64,000 nt of DNA from an uncultured Saccharicrinis sp. (GCA_963663905.2 CAXXQP010000001.1:28490-92489), one strand, 5' to 3'. Positions 38,592 to 49,749 are shown, counted from the stretch's first letter. The notes: a model not told the origin generated them from the sequence alone. Program-made: numbers and translations.

Positions 38592-39608
38592 ATGAAAAAA
38601 CCAAAACGATTTAAAATATTGGGTATCCTGTTGGGAGTGCTATTTGTACTGGTAGCTGTTGTTTACCAGAATGTGTATGGAGCCCATGGGTTTAAGATTA
38701 CAGATGCTGAGATCGACAGTATCTTGAAATCTTCATCGCAGCCTGCTTCAATGGCAGAAGATAAGCCGATTCAGGCCATACAGCAATTCCAACTCCGTAA
38801 GATTATCCAAACAGAGGAAGATGCAAGGTTGGCTTTGCAGTTAGTAAAAGCGTCAGGATATGAGGGGATTGAGTTAAATGGTTTTATGATTAAAAAAGTG
38901 CCTTTTATTGTTCCTGTTTTAACCTGGGTGGCTGGTATGCCAACCGGAAACAGTGGCAAACTAAACTGGCTCGATTTAATAAAAGAATCAGGCCTTAAGG
39001 TAGTGAGTATCCATGAGGACCTGGGAAGTATTCTTAAAAACACCCAAGAAATCATTAATGAGGCAAAAGCATTTGGAACAAATTATATTGTTGTAACAGG
39101 CATGTTTCGCTATGATTATTCTGATAGGCAAGCGGTATTGAAACTGGCGGAGGATTTAAATAAAGCCGGGAAATTATTGAAACAAGACGGCATAAACTTT
39201 TTATACCATAACCATAACTGTGAATTCCGTAGGGTTGAAACAGGAGAAACAGCCTTTGATTTGTTGCTGGAGAAAACAAATCCGGAATATGTCAATTTTG
39301 AGTTTGATTCTTTTTGGGCAGCAGAGGCCGGTTGTGATGCTGTTGAATGGATGGAAAAGTTAGGCTCACGGATGAAGCTGTATCATATTAACGACAGGGG
39401 TAACAGAGAAAAAGGTAAGATGGGATCTATTATCGAGTCGGATGGAATGGAGTTAGGAACAGGGAATATGAATTTGGAAGGCTTAATCTCTACTGCCAAA
39501 AAGAATGGAGTAAAAGCCATTATTCTAGAAACGCATAAAAACTGGATTGATGATTCTCCAGTAAAGTCATTTCAAATAAGTTCGGAATATCTTAAAAAGC
39601 ATATGTAA
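38592..39608 (+). CDS. Sugar phosphate isomerase/epimerase (xylose-isomerase-like TIM barrel) with N-terminal hydrophobic helix
   Basis: YHNHNCEF, FEFDSFW, HINDR and ILE metal-binding motifs. Confidence 0.85.
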   Translation: MKKPKRFKILGILLGVLFVLVAVVYQNVYGAHGFKITDAEIDSILKSSSQPASMAEDKPIQAIQQFQLRKIIQTEEDARLALQLVKASGYEGIELNGFMIKKVPFIVPVLTWVAGMPTGNSGKLNWLDLIKESGLKVVSIHEDLGSILKNTQEIINEAKAFGTNYIVVTGMFRYDYSDRQAVLKLAEDLNKAGKLLKQDGINFLYHNHNCEFRRVETGETAFDLLLEKTNPEYVNFEFDSFWAAEAGCDAVEWMEKLGSRMKLYHINDRGNREKGKMGSIIESDGMELGTGNMNLEGLISTAKKNGVKAIILETHKNWIDDSPVKSFQISSEYLKKHM

Positions 39609-39642
39609 GCAAAATAATAAATCAACACAATATTTTTTAAAC

Positions 39643-40446
39643 ATGAGAATTTTAAACAAAACAATAATAGTAACAGGAGCAGCAAACGGAATTGGTCGTG
39701 AAATCACCTTGCAATTATTAAATAAGGGTGCACATGTAATAGCATTGGATATAAGCATGAAAGCTCTTGTTGAACTGGTTGATGCCACAGCAGAGAAAAG
39801 AATTAATTTAACTACATATGTTGTTGACATAACAGATAAAGAGGCGATCTCACAAACCCGAGACAAAATAATGCAGAAGTTTCAGTCTGTTGATGGAGTA
39901 ATTAATAATGCCGGAATCATTCAGCCTTTTACCAAGTTAAATGAACTTAGTTATGAGGTGATTGAAAAAGTGATGAATGTTAATTTTTGGGGTTGCTTAA
40001 ACATCACAAAAGCATTTCTACCTGATTTGTTAAAGCAAGAAGAAACCCATTTGATCAACGTTTCGAGTATGGGAGGATTTTTACCAGTTCCAGGACAAAC
40101 CATTTATGGTGCCGCTAAAGCCTCAGTAAAGTTGATGACCGAAGGTTTGGCTCAGGAACTAAAGAATACGGGTGTAAGAGTATCTGTTGTTTTTCCCGGG
40201 GCTGTAGGTACCAACATAATGGAAAATTCAGGCATTGACAATGCTCCTAAAATGGAAACATCAGGAAAAGCTTCAATGGTTTTGTCACCAAAGAATGCAG
40301 CAGCACAAATAATCAAAGGGATTGAAAAAAATAAGACCCGAATTTTTGTAGGAAAGGATTCAAAAATTATGGATTGTCTATACCGGATTAGTTCCGGGTT
40401 TGCATCCAATTTAGTTGGTAAACAAATGAAGAAACTTTTGGAATAG
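39643..40446 (+). CDS. SDR-family oxidoreductase
   Basis: TGAANGIG, NNAG and YGAAK motifs. Confidence 0.93.
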   Translation: MRILNKTIIVTGAANGIGREITLQLLNKGAHVIALDISMKALVELVDATAEKRINLTTYVVDITDKEAISQTRDKIMQKFQSVDGVINNAGIIQPFTKLNELSYEVIEKVMNVNFWGCLNITKAFLPDLLKQEETHLINVSSMGGFLPVPGQTIYGAAKASVKLMTEGLAQELKNTGVRVSVVFPGAVGTNIMENSGIDNAPKMETSGKASMVLSPKNAAAQIIKGIEKNKTRIFVGKDSKIMDCLYRISSGFASNLVGKQMKKLLE

Positions 40447-40556
40447 ACATTACTTATACAGTAGCATAGTGTAAAAAACTGAAATTTATTTGAATATAAT
40501 GAAGAGTTTAGTAATGACTCTAATCGTATTGTTTCATTAATTTATAAAAAGGAGAT

Positions 40557-42269
40557 ATGAATAAAATATTAATGATAACAGTCATGATTGTTTTAGTCTG
40601 CTTATCATGTACCGCGCAAAAGGGCAGTACATTCAGTAACCCGATGAACCTGAACTACCGGTTTCAGTCAAGTTACCGGGAGGCAGCCGACCCGGCTATA
40701 ATCCGCTATCATGATAAATACCTGTTATTTGCTTCTCATAGTGGAGGATATTGGTATTCTGATGATTTAATGGACTGGACTTTTTTGCCGGTCAAAAGTT
40801 TTCCTGCAATTCGAAAATTTGCTCCGGGAGTTATTACTATTGGCGATACAGTATATTATATGGCATCGTCTCGTATGAAAGATTATATCTATTATTCATC
40901 TAATCCCTTTAAAGATGATTGGAAGCGGATGGATAAAAAACTTCCTATGGCTGTATGGGATCCTCAATTTTTTCAAGACGATGACGGTAAGGTTTATTTG
41001 TATTGGGGTTGTTCCAATCTGGAGACAGAGCCAATACGGGTGGTAGAATTAGACGAAAATATGCAGCCTAAAACTGAGCCAGTCGTATGTATTACGCACA
41101 AACCCGATGAACATGGTTGGGAAGTGCTAGGAGCACATAATGAAACAGGCGAAAATGGTTTTAATGAGGGGGCGTGGATGACGAAATACAAGGGGAAATA
41201 TTATCTCCAATATGCATCTAATGGAACAGAGTTTAAGACCTATGCCGATGGAGTCTATACTTCATCCTCACCCACGGGTCCCTTTGTATATGAAAATTAC
41301 AGTCCATTCTCGTATAAACCGGGAGGTTTTATTGGAGGAGCGGGACATAGCTCCACATTTGAGGATGAGTATGGAAATTATTGGCATGTGACCAGCTTAC
41401 ATATTGGTGAACGCGGTAATTTTGAGCGGCGTTTAGGTTTATTTCCAGCCAGTTTCGACAAAGATGGTGTTTTGCGAACGTACACTGGTTTTGGAGATTA
41501 TCCGATGAGGATGCCGCTTTCTAAGATGAAAGCCAAACATGAAAGCCTTTTCGCAGGATGGATGCTGTTATCCTATAATAAAAATGCAACTGCATCTTCT
41601 GTGTTGGATCAATATCCTGTACAAAATGCTTTCGATGAGAATGTAAAGACTTGGTGGTCGGCTCAAACCGGAAATAAAGGGGAATGGCTTAGTGTAGAAT
41701 TGGATGACAATGTAAAAGCGATCCATGCCATACAATTCAATTTTGCCGATCAGGATGCATTGTTAAACGCAGATACTGCCAATATATACGATTATCGGGT
41801 TTGGGGATCGCTTGATGGGGAGACATGGAATATTGTGGCTGACAGAAGTAACAACACTAAGGATGCTTGTCATGATTATATTGAACTTGAAAAACCCGTA
41901 AAAGCAAAATACATCAAAATAGAAAATATGAACCAAGTGCCAGGTGGTGGCAAATTCTCGATTTTCGATTTAAGGATTTTTGGCACACAAAAAGGGGAAA
42001 AGCCCAATAGAGTTAATGAATTCAAAGTGATGCGGAATGCAACGGACTCCAGGAAAGCGTCGGTAACATGGACTAATGATGGTTCTGCAACTGGCTTTGT
42101 TATTAATTATGGGACAGAGAGCAATAAATTATATACGTCAGTAATGCTTTATGGTCAGGATTCTGTAGAACTTACAGGATTAAATAAAGGGGTTACCTAT
42201 TATTTCAGCATTGATGCATTTAGTGAGACAGGTATAACCAAGGGCTCAAAGATTATTAAGGTAGAATGA
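40557..42269 (+). CDS. GH43 glycoside hydrolase with F5/8 type C and FN3 (paralogue of 24673-26391), lipoprotein
   Basis: CLSC lipobox, REAADP, WDP and NEG motifs; same domain order. Confidence 0.9.
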   Translation: MNKILMITVMIVLVCLSCTAQKGSTFSNPMNLNYRFQSSYREAADPAIIRYHDKYLLFASHSGGYWYSDDLMDWTFLPVKSFPAIRKFAPGVITIGDTVYYMASSRMKDYIYYSSNPFKDDWKRMDKKLPMAVWDPQFFQDDDGKVYLYWGCSNLETEPIRVVELDENMQPKTEPVVCITHKPDEHGWEVLGAHNETGENGFNEGAWMTKYKGKYYLQYASNGTEFKTYADGVYTSSSPTGPFVYENYSPFSYKPGGFIGGAGHSSTFEDEYGNYWHVTSLHIGERGNFERRLGLFPASFDKDGVLRTYTGFGDYPMRMPLSKMKAKHESLFAGWMLLSYNKNATASSVLDQYPVQNAFDENVKTWWSAQTGNKGEWLSVELDDNVKAIHAIQFNFADQDALLNADTANIYDYRVWGSLDGETWNIVADRSNNTKDACHDYIELEKPVKAKYIKIENMNQVPGGGKFSIFDLRIFGTQKGEKPNRVNEFKVMRNATDSRKASVTWTNDGSATGFVINYGTESNKLYTSVMLYGQDSVELTGLNKGVTYYFSIDAFSETGITKGSKIIKVE

Positions 42270-42311
42270 GAAATAAATTCTTCTTGAGAGGTTGAACTTA
42301 AAATAAAAAAA

Positions 42312-44594
42312 ATGAAGAGATTATTAAGTGCATTTATTTGCATGAACTTGAGTTTGAACTTGTTTTCGCAGGCAATTCCTTTGTTGACGCCAAATAATAT
42401 AGAAAAGGTTGTCGCAGCCATGACTGTAGAGCAGAAGGCAGAAATGTGCTGCGGAGTTGGAACGTTTTTCAGGGATAACGGAAAGGGAATAACAGGTGCT
42501 GCCGGAGGCGTTGCAGGTATGGAACAATTTGGTTTTCCATTGTTTTACATGGCAGACGGGCCTTCTGGGCTTAGAATTAAAGAAACACGTATAAATTCAG
42601 ATCTTAAATATCCAATTGTTTCTTTTCCATCTCCAATATTAATAGCAAGCTCCTGGGATAATGAGGTCGCTAAATTGATGGGGGCATGTATTGGACAGGA
42701 ATGTAAGGAATATAATGTTAGCGCAATACTTGCTCCTGCATTAAACATCATCAGGTTTCCTTTACTAGGGCGGACAGGTGAGTATTTTTCAGAAGATCCT
42801 TTACTCTCTGGGAAGTTAGCTTCAGCCTATGTAAAAGGGGTTCAAAGTGTCGGCGTGGGTACGTCAATAAAGCATTTTGTGGCTAATAACCAAGAAACGG
42901 CACGTAAAATTAATGATGCACGTATTTCAGTGAGGGCCTTGCGTGAAATATACATGAGAGGTTTTGAAATTGCAGTAAAAGAATCTGATCCCTGGACAGT
43001 GATGTCTGCATATAACAAAATAAATGGTGTATATGCCTCAGAGAATAAATGGCTGTTGGAGGATGTTTTAAGAGATGAATGGGGATTTAAAGGTATAGTT
43101 GTAAGTGATTGGGATGCTGGTATGGATGGTGCAGCCCAGATAAAAGCAGGTAATGATATTGTGCAGCCGGGCTACGAAGTTCAGTATAATGCAATTATCC
43201 AGGCGGTTAAAAACGGAACTTTGACGGATGAGGAACTAAATAGAAATGTAAAACGCATACTGCAATATATTGTTAAAACTTCGGTCTATAAACAATATCA
43301 ATTTAGCAATAAACCCGATATTGCTAAGCATAAAGAAATTGCTCGAAAAATTGCATCCGAGAGTATGATCTTGTTAAAAAATAATACTGCGCTACCATTA
43401 AAAAGTAATTCGAAAATTGCTATTTATGGTAATGCTGGTTATAGCAAAGGCAGTAGTGATGTAAGTCTACAAAGGGGGCTTGAATCTCAAAAATTTAATG
43501 TAGATAGAAACCTCGAGGTTCTTTATAAACTACATCTTGGTATAGATACCACAGCTCAGGAAGCTCAGTTAACTGAAGGGGGTATGATTTATACCATGTT
43601 CAGTGCCTCTCCGGGTGTTGATGAACCTGAATTTACAGAAAAACAACTTGATGTTCAGGTAGCAACAAATGACTGTGCTATTATTGTTATAGGACAAGGT
43701 GGCGGGGAGAGTAAGGATTGTAGTCCTGATGACTTTATCTTAACCGAAAGTGAACTGAACCTGATTAGCCGGGTTTGTAATGCCTATCATAAATCCGGAA
43801 AGAAAGTTACTGTAATTTTAGACATTGCCATTCCTATTGAAACGGCTTCATGGAAGGAAAAGCCTGATGCCATAATATGTGCTTGGCAAAGTGGTCAGGA
43901 AAAAGGTAATGCGCTTGCTGATGTATTGAGTGGGGCTGTTAATCCATCCGGAAAGCTTACCGTTTCATTTCCTGTAAATTTAAAGGATTGTCCGGCTTAT
44001 GATAACTTTCCAATGGATATTAAATACAGGTGGATGTGGGCGCAGCATGGTTTTTTAGGAAATAAGCGATTACCAAAGAATCAGACTGAGGTGAAAAATG
44101 TGCATTATACAGAATACAATGAAGGCATCTATTTAGGATACAGGTATTTTGATACAAAAAAGGTTGATGTTTCATATCCTTTTGGGTATGGACTTTCTTA
44201 TACAAACTTTTCATATAGTAAACCAAAGATAGAGCGGAAAGGAAATGAGTGGGTAGCTACAGTCACGGTTAAGAATACAGGTAAATTTTCAGGGCGAGAG
44301 GTTGTTCAATTATATGTTTCTGCCCCTGATGGTGTTCTGGATAAACCTGAGAAAGAACTAAAAGCATACGCCAAAACTAAACTGCTTAAACCTAGTGAAA
44401 GTGAAACCGTAATAATGAAGGTCACAGACTATATGCTTAGTTCTTTTGTTGAAAAGAATAATACGTGGGTGGCAAATAAAGGAAAATATGTGGCCTTGTT
44501 TGCTTCATCTAGTAATGATATTCGCGAGTCCCTTAGTTTTAAATTAAAATCTGAATTTAACGAAGGTGTAAAAAGTAATAAACTGAATTTTTAA
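42312..44594 (+). CDS. GH3 beta-glucosidase-like glycosidase
   Basis: GRTGEYFSEDP, KHFVANNQE and nucleophile VSDW. Confidence 0.92.
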   Translation: MKRLLSAFICMNLSLNLFSQAIPLLTPNNIEKVVAAMTVEQKAEMCCGVGTFFRDNGKGITGAAGGVAGMEQFGFPLFYMADGPSGLRIKETRINSDLKYPIVSFPSPILIASSWDNEVAKLMGACIGQECKEYNVSAILAPALNIIRFPLLGRTGEYFSEDPLLSGKLASAYVKGVQSVGVGTSIKHFVANNQETARKINDARISVRALREIYMRGFEIAVKESDPWTVMSAYNKINGVYASENKWLLEDVLRDEWGFKGIVVSDWDAGMDGAAQIKAGNDIVQPGYEVQYNAIIQAVKNGTLTDEELNRNVKRILQYIVKTSVYKQYQFSNKPDIAKHKEIARKIASESMILLKNNTALPLKSNSKIAIYGNAGYSKGSSDVSLQRGLESQKFNVDRNLEVLYKLHLGIDTTAQEAQLTEGGMIYTMFSASPGVDEPEFTEKQLDVQVATNDCAIIVIGQGGGESKDCSPDDFILTESELNLISRVCNAYHKSGKKVTVILDIAIPIETASWKEKPDAIICAWQSGQEKGNALADVLSGAVNPSGKLTVSFPVNLKDCPAYDNFPMDIKYRWMWAQHGFLGNKRLPKNQTEVKNVHYTEYNEGIYLGYRYFDTKKVDVSYPFGYGLSYTNFSYSKPKIERKGNEWVATVTVKNTGKFSGREVVQLYVSAPDGVLDKPEKELKAYAKTKLLKPSESETVIMKVTDYMLSSFVEKNNTWVANKGKYVALFASSSNDIRESLSFKLKSEFNEGVKSNKLNF

Positions 44595-44612
44595 CAGTAT
44601 AATAATATTATT

Positions 44613-46316
44613 ATGAGATACATATATGTTGTAATAGCATTAATGATTTTAATCAGTACAAATGCTCAAAAAGCTGTTTTGCCCTATCTTGAAAAAACAC
44701 AAGGTAAAACAGAGATAATCGTTAACGGGAATCCTTTTTTGATGTTTTCAGGTGAACTCCATAATTCAAGTGCGGGGAGTGCACATTATATGAGTCCGAT
44801 TTGGAAACGGATGAAGGAAAATAACCTTAATACTGTTATTGCGCCAGTTTGCTGGGAATTAATAGAACCCACTGAAGGTAAGTTTGATTTTTCGCTTGTG
44901 GATAGTATGATAATTGGTGCTCGCCAACAGGATTTAAAACTCGTAATCCTTTGGTTTGGCAGTTGGAAAAATGGTAAGTCTACCTATGTGCCGGAATGGG
45001 TGAAAAGGAATTCGGATAAATATCCTTTGATGTTTTCTAAAAGCAGAAGGACACTCAATACTTTAAGCACCTTTGGTGATAATTCATTACAAGCAGATAA
45101 AAAGGCATTTGGAAAATTAATGGGTCATATTAAAAAAGTTGATAGTAAAGAACAGACTGTTATTATGGTTCAGGTTCAAAACGAAGTTGGCATCCTGGGA
45201 TCACCAAGAGATTATAGTGAGCAGGCAACAGAAGCCTTTAATGGTCCGGTTCCTGCGGAATTAATGACTTATTTGCAAGATAATAAAGAAAGCTTGTATC
45301 CGGCTTTGCTAACGGCTTGGGAAACCAATGGTTTTAAAACTACCGGTACATGGGAAGAAGTTTTTGGTAAAGGAGAAAAGTACAGGGGTGAAGAGTGGAA
45401 GACAAATTTTGGCTATTATACCGAAGAGTTGTTTATGGCCTGGAACCTGGCAAAATATATTGGAGAAGTAACCCAAAAAGGAAAGGATGAATATGCATTG
45501 CCTATGTTTGCCAATGCCTGGATTAAGCAACCAAGGGCTATCAATCCGGGTAAATATCCATCAGGTGGTCCGTTGCCCCAAGTTATTGATGTATGGAGGG
45601 CTGCTGCCCCTGCCATTGATTTTATTGCTTGTGATATATATGCTGTTGAGGAATTTGATTGGGTATGTGAAGAGTTTGCAAAATCAAATAATCCTGTTTT
45701 TATACCGGAAACAACTCCTACTGTAGGCGGTTCAGCTAGGGCCTTATATGCTTTTGGAAAATATGATGCACTTTGTTATGCCCCTTTTGGAATTGATGGA
45801 TATGGATTATTTAACTCAGCTGATGTTAATGATAAATCATTAAAAAAAGTTTATGGGTGTCTGACTGATATTAAAGATTATATCAGTCAATATAGGAATA
45901 CCGATAATATGACAGCCCTTTATATTGGTGAAGGAGAAAAGGCTACCGATGTGGATATGGGAGATTATACAGTTTATATGTCAAGGTTTTCATCGGCAGG
46001 CTTGTTTAAGCAAACTGGAGGACGCTTTGGTATTGAAGGAGAAGAAGACCGCAGTCCGGCTGGGCTAATTATTATTAAGCTTAGTAACGATGAATTTTTG
46101 GTAGCAGGAGGAGTTGGAGGTATTCAAATTTCAGTAGGAGTATCTAAATCAAATAAGGCTGTTAATGCAGGTTATGCCTCAGTTGATGAAGTGACTTTTG
46201 ATGATAAGGGTAAAATGAAATTACACCGCCTGAATGGAGATGAAACGGCTTTGGGTGGAGCTATAATTAAACCGGGAGAAGTAAAAGTATTTAAAATTAA
46301 AATGTATACGTATTAA
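44613..46316 (+). CDS. GH35-like beta-galactosidase (DUF5597 domain)
   Basis: GELHNSS, LWFGSWKNG, VQVQNEVG and IPET motifs. Confidence 0.8.
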   Translation: MRYIYVVIALMILISTNAQKAVLPYLEKTQGKTEIIVNGNPFLMFSGELHNSSAGSAHYMSPIWKRMKENNLNTVIAPVCWELIEPTEGKFDFSLVDSMIIGARQQDLKLVILWFGSWKNGKSTYVPEWVKRNSDKYPLMFSKSRRTLNTLSTFGDNSLQADKKAFGKLMGHIKKVDSKEQTVIMVQVQNEVGILGSPRDYSEQATEAFNGPVPAELMTYLQDNKESLYPALLTAWETNGFKTTGTWEEVFGKGEKYRGEEWKTNFGYYTEELFMAWNLAKYIGEVTQKGKDEYALPMFANAWIKQPRAINPGKYPSGGPLPQVIDVWRAAAPAIDFIACDIYAVEEFDWVCEEFAKSNNPVFIPETTPTVGGSARALYAFGKYDALCYAPFGIDGYGLFNSADVNDKSLKKVYGCLTDIKDYISQYRNTDNMTALYIGEGEKATDVDMGDYTVYMSRFSSAGLFKQTGGRFGIEGEEDRSPAGLIIIKLSNDEFLVAGGVGGIQISVGVSKSNKAVNAGYASVDEVTFDDKGKMKLHRLNGDETALGGAIIKPGEVKVFKIKMYTY

Positions 46317-46347
46317 TAAAGTATGAAGCTTTAAATATTTAAAGATA

Positions 46348-47190
46348 ATGATCAATTTAAATTTAAAAGATAGGGTTGCAGTTATCACCGGGGGCGGTGG
46401 AGTATTATGTTCTACAATTGCAAAAGACATGGCTTCCCATGGAGTGAAAACAGCCATTTTAGACTTAAACCTGGAAGCAGCAGAAAAAATTGCCAACGAA
46501 ATAAAAGAAACTTACGGTGTTGAGTCTGTTGGTATCTCAGCTAATGTTCTTAATAAAGAGTCATTGGAAGAAGCCTTAAACGAGATTCATGAAAAATTAG
46601 GAACTGTTGATTACCTTTTAAATGGTGCCGGAGGTAATGCCGCTTCAGCAACTACTCAGGCTGAGTTTTTAACCGAAGAATATTTGGATAATCTGGATGC
46701 CACATTCTTTGGACTACAAATGGATGGTTTTGACAAAGTGTTTGCTTTAAACTTCCAGGGAACCTTATTGCCATCAATGGTATTTGCAAAAGATATGTTA
46801 GCTAAAAATGATGGAGCTATTGTAAATGTGTCATCTATGAATTCCTATACTCCATTAACAAAAATACCTGCTTACTCAGCCGCAAAAGCAGCAGTCAATA
46901 ATTTTACACAGTGGCTAGCAGTTCACTTTGCTAAAACAGGAATAAGAGTAAACGCTATTGCTCCCGGATTTTTATTGACCAACCAAAACCGTTTTTTATT
47001 AATTGACGAAAAAACTGGTGAAGCTACTCCTAGAGGACATAAGATAATCACAAATACTCCGATGGAACGTTATGGAGAACCAGAAGAATTATCAGGAACA
47101 GTGCTTTATTTAATGTCAGACTGGGCTAAATTCATTACAGGAGTAGTTGTACCTGTTGATGGTGGATTTAGTGCATATTCTGGAGTTTAA
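46348..47190 (+). CDS. uxuB: D-mannonate oxidoreductase (SDR type)
   Basis: TGGGGVLC, SSMNSYTPLTKIPAYSAAK and VDGGFSAYSGV; adjacent to uxuA. Confidence 0.85.
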   Translation: MINLNLKDRVAVITGGGGVLCSTIAKDMASHGVKTAILDLNLEAAEKIANEIKETYGVESVGISANVLNKESLEEALNEIHEKLGTVDYLLNGAGGNAASATTQAEFLTEEYLDNLDATFFGLQMDGFDKVFALNFQGTLLPSMVFAKDMLAKNDGAIVNVSSMNSYTPLTKIPAYSAAKAAVNNFTQWLAVHFAKTGIRVNAIAPGFLLTNQNRFLLIDEKTGEATPRGHKIITNTPMERYGEPEELSGTVLYLMSDWAKFITGVVVPVDGGFSAYSGV

Positions 47191-47207
47191 TAAGAGGCCC
47201 CTCTCAA

Positions 47208-47225
47208 TCTCCCCAAATGGGGAGA
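47208..47225. repeat. Short hairpin TCTCCCC-aaat-GGGGAGA
   Basis: Seen directly between uxuB and uxuA. Confidence 0.5.
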
Positions 47226-47279
47226 GGCTGATTTACAGCTTACTTTTGTATAAAGTGAATAATAATTAATAGCTCAAAA

Positions 47280-48467
47280 ATGATTGAACAAACATGGCGT
47301 TGGTATGGTCCTAACGATCGTATCACATTAAAAGATATCAGACAAACAGGGGCAACAGGTATTGTTACTGCTTTGCACCATATACCTAACGGTGAAGTTT
47401 GGACTGTAGAAGAGATTGAAAAACGTAAAAAGGAAGTGGCTGATGCCGGTTTAATATGGTCTGTAGTTGAGAGTGTACCTGTACATGAAGATATTAAAAA
47501 GCAAACAGGCAATTGGGAATTATATATAAAAAACTACCAGGAGTCATTAATAAATCTTGGAGCCTGTGGTATTTATACTGTATGCTATAATTTTATGCCG
47601 GTATTGGATTGGTCAAGAACTAACTTAAATAGTGAGTTTGCAGATGGTTCATTGGCTTTAAAGTATGATCAGAAAGTATTTGCTGCCTTTGATATTTATA
47701 TTTTAAAACGTCCGGGAGCTGAAAAAGACTATAGCGAAAAAATTGTTAAAGAAGCAACAGCGTATTTCAAAAACATGAATGCTGAAGAAATTGAAACATT
47801 AACAAATAATGTTATCAAAGGATTACCAGGTGCAGAAGAGAGCTATACTCTTGAGCAATTTCAGGCAGTATTGGATGGATACAAGGATATTGATGATGCT
47901 AAATTACGTAAGCATTTACTCGATTTTCTAAGTGCTATCATTCCTGTAGCAGAACAAGCAGGTATTAGAATGGCGATTCACCCTGATGATCCACCATGGG
48001 GTCTTTTAGGATTACCTCGCGTAGTAAGTACAATCGATGATGCTAAAACCATTGTTAATCATATTGACTCTGTTTCAAATGGAGTTACACTGTGTACCGG
48101 CTCATGGGGAGCTGGGCACTTCAATGATCTGTCACAAATGGCTAAAACTTTAGCTACTCGTATTAATTTTGCTCATTTACGAAATGTAAAAAGAGATACT
48201 GATTATAACTTCAATGAAGATTACTTATTTGAAGGAGATGTAGATATCTACGAGGTTTTAAAAACAATTGTTGTAGAAGAAGAAAGAAGGAAGCAGGAAG
48301 GAAGAAATGATTTTTCAATTCCTGTACGTCCCGACCATGGAAACCAAATGTTAGGAGATATAGGTCAGCCAAATAATCCGGGCTATTCTTTATATGGAAG
48401 AATGAAAGGATTGGCTGAAATCAGAGGTCTTGAACTTGGTATTAGAAGAAGTATTTTGAATTCTTAA
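47280..48467 (+). CDS. uxuA: Mannonate dehydratase
   Basis: MEQTWRWYG-like start, [23 protein letters not shown] and GRMKGLAE. Confidence 0.97.
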   Translation: MIEQTWRWYGPNDRITLKDIRQTGATGIVTALHHIPNGEVWTVEEIEKRKKEVADAGLIWSVVESVPVHEDIKKQTGNWELYIKNYQESLINLGACGIYTVCYNFMPVLDWSRTNLNSEFADGSLALKYDQKVFAAFDIYILKRPGAEKDYSEKIVKEATAYFKNMNAEEIETLTNNVIKGLPGAEESYTLEQFQAVLDGYKDIDDAKLRKHLLDFLSAIIPVAEQAGIRMAIHPDDPPWGLLGLPRVVSTIDDAKTIVNHIDSVSNGVTLCTGSWGAGHFNDLSQMAKTLATRINFAHLRNVKRDTDYNFNEDYLFEGDVDIYEVLKTIVVEEERRKQEGRNDFSIPVRPDHGNQMLGDIGQPNNPGYSLYGRMKGLAEIRGLELGIRRSILNS

Positions 48468-48491
48468 TATTAACTTTTTGTGTGGATTTAG

Positions 48492-48570
48492 CAGCGGGAA
48501 TTTTAGTTTGCACAATGGGATACCATAAAAAAATGATACGGGGTTATTTTAAGCAACTAAGTTCCTGCTG
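48492..48570. terminator. Long imperfect inverted repeat after uxuA
   Basis: CAGCGGGAATTTTAGTTTGC ... GCAACTAAGTTCCTGCTG followed by a T-rich tract. Confidence 0.4.
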
Positions 48571-48753
48571 TTTCTTTTAGATAAAAAGAAGAATAACATT
48601 ATAAGTTTAAAAGTTTTAGTTTGATATTAATCTGTTACGAGTGTGTATAATTAATTGAGACATGCTTTTATGTCTTATTAAATAATCAGGACATATTAAT
48701 AGTATATGCCTTGTATTATTGTTATGAAGTTTAAAAATCTAGAATCTAAAAAA

Positions 48754-49749
48754 ATGAAAAAAATCATATTACTCACTCTTTTATTTATTACATGCATAAA
48801 CACTTCAAAACTTTATGCTCAAAAAACCTCAACTCATATCGGCTTTATATTGGCTAATCTTTACTCAGAGCGGTGGCATAAGGATATGAATTATTTTGAG
48901 GAAAAAGTGAATCAGTTGGGAGGGAAAGTTACGTTTATTGATTGTTTTGATAATTCAGAAGAGCAATTAAAAGCAGTTCATAAATTAATTGATTTAAAGG
49001 TTGATTGCATTGTATTTGTGCCAATTAATATAACTGATACTGCTATTGTAAATGTTTCACATCAAGCTAAAATTCCAATTATATGTTATGATAGATTTGT
49101 AAATTCTCAGAATGTAGATCTTTATGTGACCTTTGATAGTGAGGAGGTTGGGCATAAGATGGCAAGGAGTGTTGTTGATAATTTATCGGAAGGAAATATA
49201 CTTTTTGTATCTGGTCCAACATCTGATTTTAATAGTACCCTAATAAGAAAAGGGGTTTATGGCGAATTGAGAAATTACAAGGAAAATTTTAATATTAAAA
49301 AAGTCAATGTAAACGATTGGAGCGAAATTAGTGCCTTTATGACCGTTCAGGATTATGTAAGCGAGAATCAGTTTGAACCAGATGCCATAATTTGTTCATC
49401 AGATATATTAGCAAGCGGAGTTATATATTTATTGGAAGAGAAAGGATTGTTGGGTAAAGTATTAGTAACCGGTCAGGATGGAAACTTGAATATTTGTCAG
49501 CAAATAATCAAGGGGAATGTATTGATGACCGTGTATAAATCGAATAAAATTCTAGCTTATTCAACAGCTTCAGCAGCTATGAAATTAGCTAAGGATTGTG
49601 ATGTGTCGGGTATGTACTCAGATAATTATTTTATGAATATTCCTTCTATTAAAAAGGAAACTACAGTAATAAATAAAGATAATATTGAGGAGATTATGTC
49701 TTTGCTGGATACTTATTCAAAAGAAGAACTTCATGGCATAACCAATTAA
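48754..49749 (+). CDS. Periplasmic sugar-binding protein (XylF/RbsB-like), no cognate permease nearby
   Basis: SERWHKD, ICYDR, VTFDSEEVG and VTGQDG motifs. Start is uncertain (48706, 48724 or 48754). Confidence 0.85.
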   Translation: MKKIILLTLLFITCINTSKLYAQKTSTHIGFILANLYSERWHKDMNYFEEKVNQLGGKVTFIDCFDNSEEQLKAVHKLIDLKVDCIVFVPINITDTAIVNVSHQAKIPIICYDRFVNSQNVDLYVTFDSEEVGHKMARSVVDNLSEGNILFVSGPTSDFNSTLIRKGVYGELRNYKENFNIKKVNVNDWSEISAFMTVQDYVSENQFEPDAIICSSDILASGVIYLLEEKGLLGKVLVTGQDGNLNICQQIIKGNVLMTVYKSNKILAYSTASAAMKLAKDCDVSGMYSDNYFMNIPSIKKETTVINKDNIEEIMSLLDTYSKEELHGITN

